From positions 1 through 52,717 of the forward strand of contig JACPZZ010000023.1 in assembly GCA_016195275.1 (NCBI GenBank): a stretch of 52,717 bases of DNA, in the 5' to 3' direction. The position numbers and the translations under genes are program-made. A model generated the notes under the pieces. It did no database searches, was not told the DNA's origin, and saw only the letters and a list, made by a program, of their open reading frames with translations. Source of the stretch: Candidatus Aenigmatarchaeota archaeon. GTDB lineage: Archaea; Aenigmatarchaeota; Aenigmatarchaeia; JACPZZ01. Positions 52,261 to 52,717 of this stretch are shown piece by piece (positions within the stretch are counted from its first letter, which is position 1; every line of letters starts with the position of its first letter).

Positions 52261-52450
52261 AAAGATCACTAAACTACGAAAAGTTCCTATGAGATCTTAT
52301 TCATTAGACAATTATATAACACCAAACCCTTTTATAAAAAGTGTTTGGATTCCCAAAACGATCAGGTTTTGTAAATACAAAACAGTGTCTATAGGAAAGG
52401 TAGGCCGGTAGGAGACCGAAACATACCTCTTGTATGTTTCAGTTTGGGCA

Positions 52451-52582
52451 GGGCCAGTAGATCAATGGCAGATCGCGACGTTCGCATCAAACCCCTTTCT
52501 TTAAAAAGAAAGGTCTTTGAATGCCCCAAAGAAAATTTAGCGAAACACGTCGAGGCTTCGGGTTCGAGTCCCGACTGGTCCA
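52451..52582 (+). tRNA. tRNA-Ala(CGC) with 60-nt canonical intron
   Basis: GGGCCAG-TA-GATC-AATGGCA-GATC-G-CGACG-TTCGCA[intron]A-CGTCG-AGGCT-TCGGG-TTCGAGT-CCCGA-CTGGTCC-A. The G3.U70 alanine identity pair is present. The intron is 52487-52546 and contains the hairpin cctttctt-taaaa-agaaagg. Confidence 0.85.
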
Positions 52583-52592
52583 AATAAGCCTT

Positions 52593-52712
52593 CATAGGAA
52601 ATCATAGATTTCCTATGCACGAAAATCTATGATTTTCGTTGTCTTTCGAAAGAAAGCCTTAACAGCGAAAATCAACGGATTTTCGCGTGTAGGAAACTAA
52701 AAGTTTCCTACA
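52593..52712. repeat. array of five related perfect inverted repeats/hairpins
   Basis: cataggaaatc-ata-gatttcctatg (11 bp), acgaaaatc-tat-gattttcgt (9 bp), palindrome tctttcgaaaga, gcgaaaatc-aacg-gattttcgc (9 bp), tgtaggaaac-taaaa-gtttcctaca (10 bp). The stems share a GAAA(A/T)C core. The overall order is A-B-centre-B-A. Confidence 0.7.
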
Positions 52713-52717
52713 GGGAA

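Noticed and set aside
52389-52595. 68-aa minus-strand ORF
   Set aside because: It is fully covered by tRNA-Ala(CGC) and its intron on the opposite strand.
52593-52712. Possible CRISPR array
   Set aside because: The elements are individually palindromic, of unequal length and nearly contiguous, with no unique spacers of regular size. No cas genes are in the window.

Overview
Archaeal chromosomal segment. The markers are fibrillarin plus Nop5, ribosomal proteins L37e and S8e, an Sm protein, aRF1, Elp3, and BHB-type tRNA introns. A small-genome, DPANN-like origin is only an inference. I support about 55 protein genes and 7 tRNA genes. Six tRNAs carry introns, including one in the D-loop and one inside the anticodon stem. 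Two essential genes, ileS and aRF1, each carry a large LAGLIDADG intein with extra HTH modules. In aRF1 the intein sits exactly at the catalytic GGQ motif, and the spliced product would read GGW. Other content: two giant sequon-rich surface proteins (one fused to a subtilase), a small glycosylation locus, a Nudix/HD/kinase cluster with recently duplicated Nudix genes, and an orphan tRNA 3-prime half beside a truncated LAGLIDADG ORF. The best candidate for an undescribed system is the AT-rich accessory island at about 41.7-46.5 kb. It holds an MvaI/BcnI-like type II R-M pair, then a zinc-ribbon protein, a split small ORF, an NYN RNase, a PIN nuclease, two tiny ORFs (one tail-anchored) and an orphan 198-aa protein. 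Two clusters of iteron-like 13-mers and a duplicated 20-nt leader bracket the PIN cassette. An array of related perfect hairpins follows tRNA-Ala at the window end. No rRNA, CRISPR array, transposase or integrase was seen. All calls come from reading the sequence and ORF track by eye; no searches or folding programs were run.
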